Source: the human T2T-CHM13v2.0 reference genome, Homo sapiens
Reading direction: 5' to 3' (one strand)
Assembly (NCBI RefSeq): GCF_009914755.1
Contig: NC_060941.1
DNA: 64,000 nucleotides
Within the stretch, counting starts at the first letter, position 1. Every line of letters starts with the position of its first letter. The position numbers and the translations under genes are program-made. The notes under the pieces were generated by a model. That model was not told the origin of the DNA. It saw only the letters and a list, made by a program, of their open reading frames with translations, and did no database searches. Positions 62,112 to 64,000 of the stretch are shown piece after piece.

Positions 62112-63341
62112 TGCAGGGGTGGGCATTAAGAGTTCTTTATTTTACCAGAAGGGACAGGCAGTGGGGCAGTGCAACATCCAAGCCCCAGACCAGACATGCA
62201 GCATCCACATGCAGGAAGAGCTACACAGGCTGGGGCAGGGCCAGGGTGGGGAGCTGGGACCACTGGACATTCACAGCACCCCTGCCAAGACGCTTGGGTC
62301 CTGGGCTCTTCTGCCTCCATTGGAGCAAGGAGACAGAGGATTGGGTTGCTTCCCCATGGCTGGAACCCCATCACTCTGGCCAGGAAGAAAGATGGCACAA
62401 GGGCTCTGGGGTCTGGCCAGGCTACAGCACTCGATTCTGTACAGGGTTGGCACAGCCTTGTCCACCAGAAGGGCCCAACACCCAGGACAGTGCAGCCCTA
62501 GCAGGAAGAAGGTCTACACACTTTTCTGTCCCCAACAGGGCTAGACCCTCATCTCAGAAAACTTAGCAGAGTTGGGACCAAACCGCACCGCCCCAGCAGG
62601 AACATGCCCATGAAGAGGCCTTCCCTGAGCACAAGCAGGGGCCTCCTAAGGCAGTAGGAAACTGAGGAAGCTGCTGTAGACAGGAGGCCTTGCCTCTGTG
62701 CCCTTGGGGTCAGGGAGAAAGGACAGGGTATGAGCGCTGGCTGGGGCCTTGGGTGGATGAGGGGAAGGACAGTGTCTCTGGGCCCTGCAGGTCATGGCTG
62801 CCCAGACCTAGAGGGGCAGCAGCAGGTGAGGCTGTGGGCTTCCTGGGGCAGGGTTTAGGGCTGGGAAGACCAGTCCAGGAGAGAGGACAGTGACCGTCCT
62901 ACCCAGAACCCCTGCCCATGCTGAGCTCTGGCCAGGGCCATAGGGAGGATGGACAGATGCACAGAGAACTTCAAGGCACCAGGATTCTGAGGAGCAGCAG
63001 GGCCACCCCCCACAGAGAGTGATTGTAATAAACATCTTCAGCTTAATCTACATGATGTGCATGGGGGAAAGAAAAAGACAGACAAAGGAAAAGACACGCA
63101 GGGAGATGAGACACAAACCTGATGAAAGTGGCAGTGAAAGTGGGGTAAAGGAGAGGAAGAGGAGGAGGTGGACAGACAGGAGAGACAGGAAGACAGCCAG
63201 AGATGGCCTGAACACACAGCACTTCTGGTCCCTTCGAGATAAGGCACCAGAGTCAGTAACGTTCCCGTTGTTCTGTGGGATTAAAACGGGTGCTGGAGGG
63301 AGGGCCGGGTGGCTGCTGAAGAGAGTGGGCCTGCAGGAGCC
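62112..63341 (-). other. FLOT2: FLOT2 3'UTR
   Basis: Repeat-free GC-rich sequence between the stop codon and the poly(A) signal. Confidence 0.8.
62136..62141 (-). terminator. FLOT2: FLOT2 polyadenylation signal (AATAAA on minus)
   Basis: TTTATT on plus, ~1.2 kb beyond the stop codon. Confidence 0.8.
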
Positions 63342-63380
63342 TCACACCTGCACACCAGTGGCCTTCTTGATCAGGGGTAT
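63342..63380 (-). CDS. FLOT2: FLOT2 (flotillin-2) last coding exon IPLIKKATGVQV*
   Basis: TTGCAG| acceptor; 13 codons matching the flotillin-2 C-terminus. Confidence 0.95.
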   Translation of the reverse strand: MPLIKKATGVQV

Positions 63381-63493
63381 CTGCAAGGATGGGAGATGCC
63401 ATGAGACCTTGGCTCCAGAGCCCAGGACCACTTTGCCTGGGCCAGTCCGACGGGCTACCTGGGCAACCCCACCGCAGCTAGGCAGGCACATAC

Positions 63494-63643
63494 CTTAGAC
63501 AGGTCCACGCCTGTGAGGGCATGCACAGAGGCAGGCAGCTCGGCCAGCAGTCGGTTCACTTCTGATGTGACCTTACTGTTGTCTCCACTGAGGACCACAA
63601 TCTCATCGACCTTGGTAAGTGGGGCAGCGATTTTGGCAGCAAT
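63494..63643 (-). CDS. FLOT2: FLOT2 penultimate exon IAAKIAAPLTKVDEIVVLSGDNSKVTSEVNRLLAELPASVHALTGVDLSK
   Basis: CCTAG| acceptor, AAG|GTATGT donor, 150 nt in frame. Confidence 0.96.
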
Positions 63644-63972
63644 CTAGGAGGTAAGAGTGGGAGGACAGCCTGGTTGGCGCTGACTCTGTTCTCAGCCCGG
63701 TCCAGCATCTCTCCCTCCCTTCCTTAACTCACTCCAACCCCAAAGCAGCCTGGGTGGCCCTTAGTCTCGAGCCATGGTAAGAGACGCCCTGTGGGCCAGG
63801 GATGGCTTAGGCCTTTGTAGGGTTCCTGCCCCCTGCTGAGGATGCTCCTCATTTAACCCTTCTAGCCATCTGTCCCTGTGTTACTCGCAAGGCCCAGAGA
63901 AGTTCTGGCACTTGCCCAGCTTGTCAAGCAAGGACACTTGAACCCTAGGACCCGCTTGGGTGGAAGCCTCAC

Positions 63973-64000
63973 CTGGGGCAGGGCCTCTAGCACCAAGGCC
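63973..64000 (-). CDS. FLOT2: FLOT2 exon 3' end (..ALVLEALPQ), truncated by the window edge
   Basis: CAG|GTGAGG donor; in frame with the next exon. Confidence 0.9.

Noticed and set aside
61957-62566. 195- and 151-aa plus-strand ORFs
   Set aside because: Antisense to the GC-rich FLOT2 3'UTR; no recognisable domain.
62805-62820. CTCF-like ACCTAGAGGGGCAGC in the FLOT2 3'UTR
   Set aside because: Imperfect 5' core in GC-rich sequence; too weak to call.

Overview
Human (primate) genomic DNA, recognisable as the 17q11.2 FAM222B-ERAL1-MIR451/MIR144/MIR4732-FLOT2 interval. Bases 1 to ~25450 are Alu/L1/L2-rich intron 1 of FAM222B (- strand), whose CpG-island first exon lies at ~25450-25640. This intron also holds a Y3 RNA retrocopy and a solo HERV-E LTR2 nested in an Alu. 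The complete 10-exon ERAL1 CDS (+, 37808-43326, 437 aa, all introns GT-AG) starts at a probable bidirectional promoter. Tail-to-tail with it is the erythroid miR-4732/miR-144/miR-451a cluster (- strand), with a readable GATA/KLF promoter and upstream GATA enhancer clusters. The last three coding exons and 3'UTR of FLOT2 (-) end the window. Almost all ORFs in the supplied track are Alu artefacts. The most interesting inference is a short intron in the pri-miRNA (perfect donor at 44706) whose branch point, pyrimidine tract and 3' AG are the 3' arm of miR-4732, which would make splicing and Microprocessor cropping compete just upstream of miR-144/451. Two local duplication/gene-conversion signatures and a CTCF island are also visible. 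I found no new protein-coding system.
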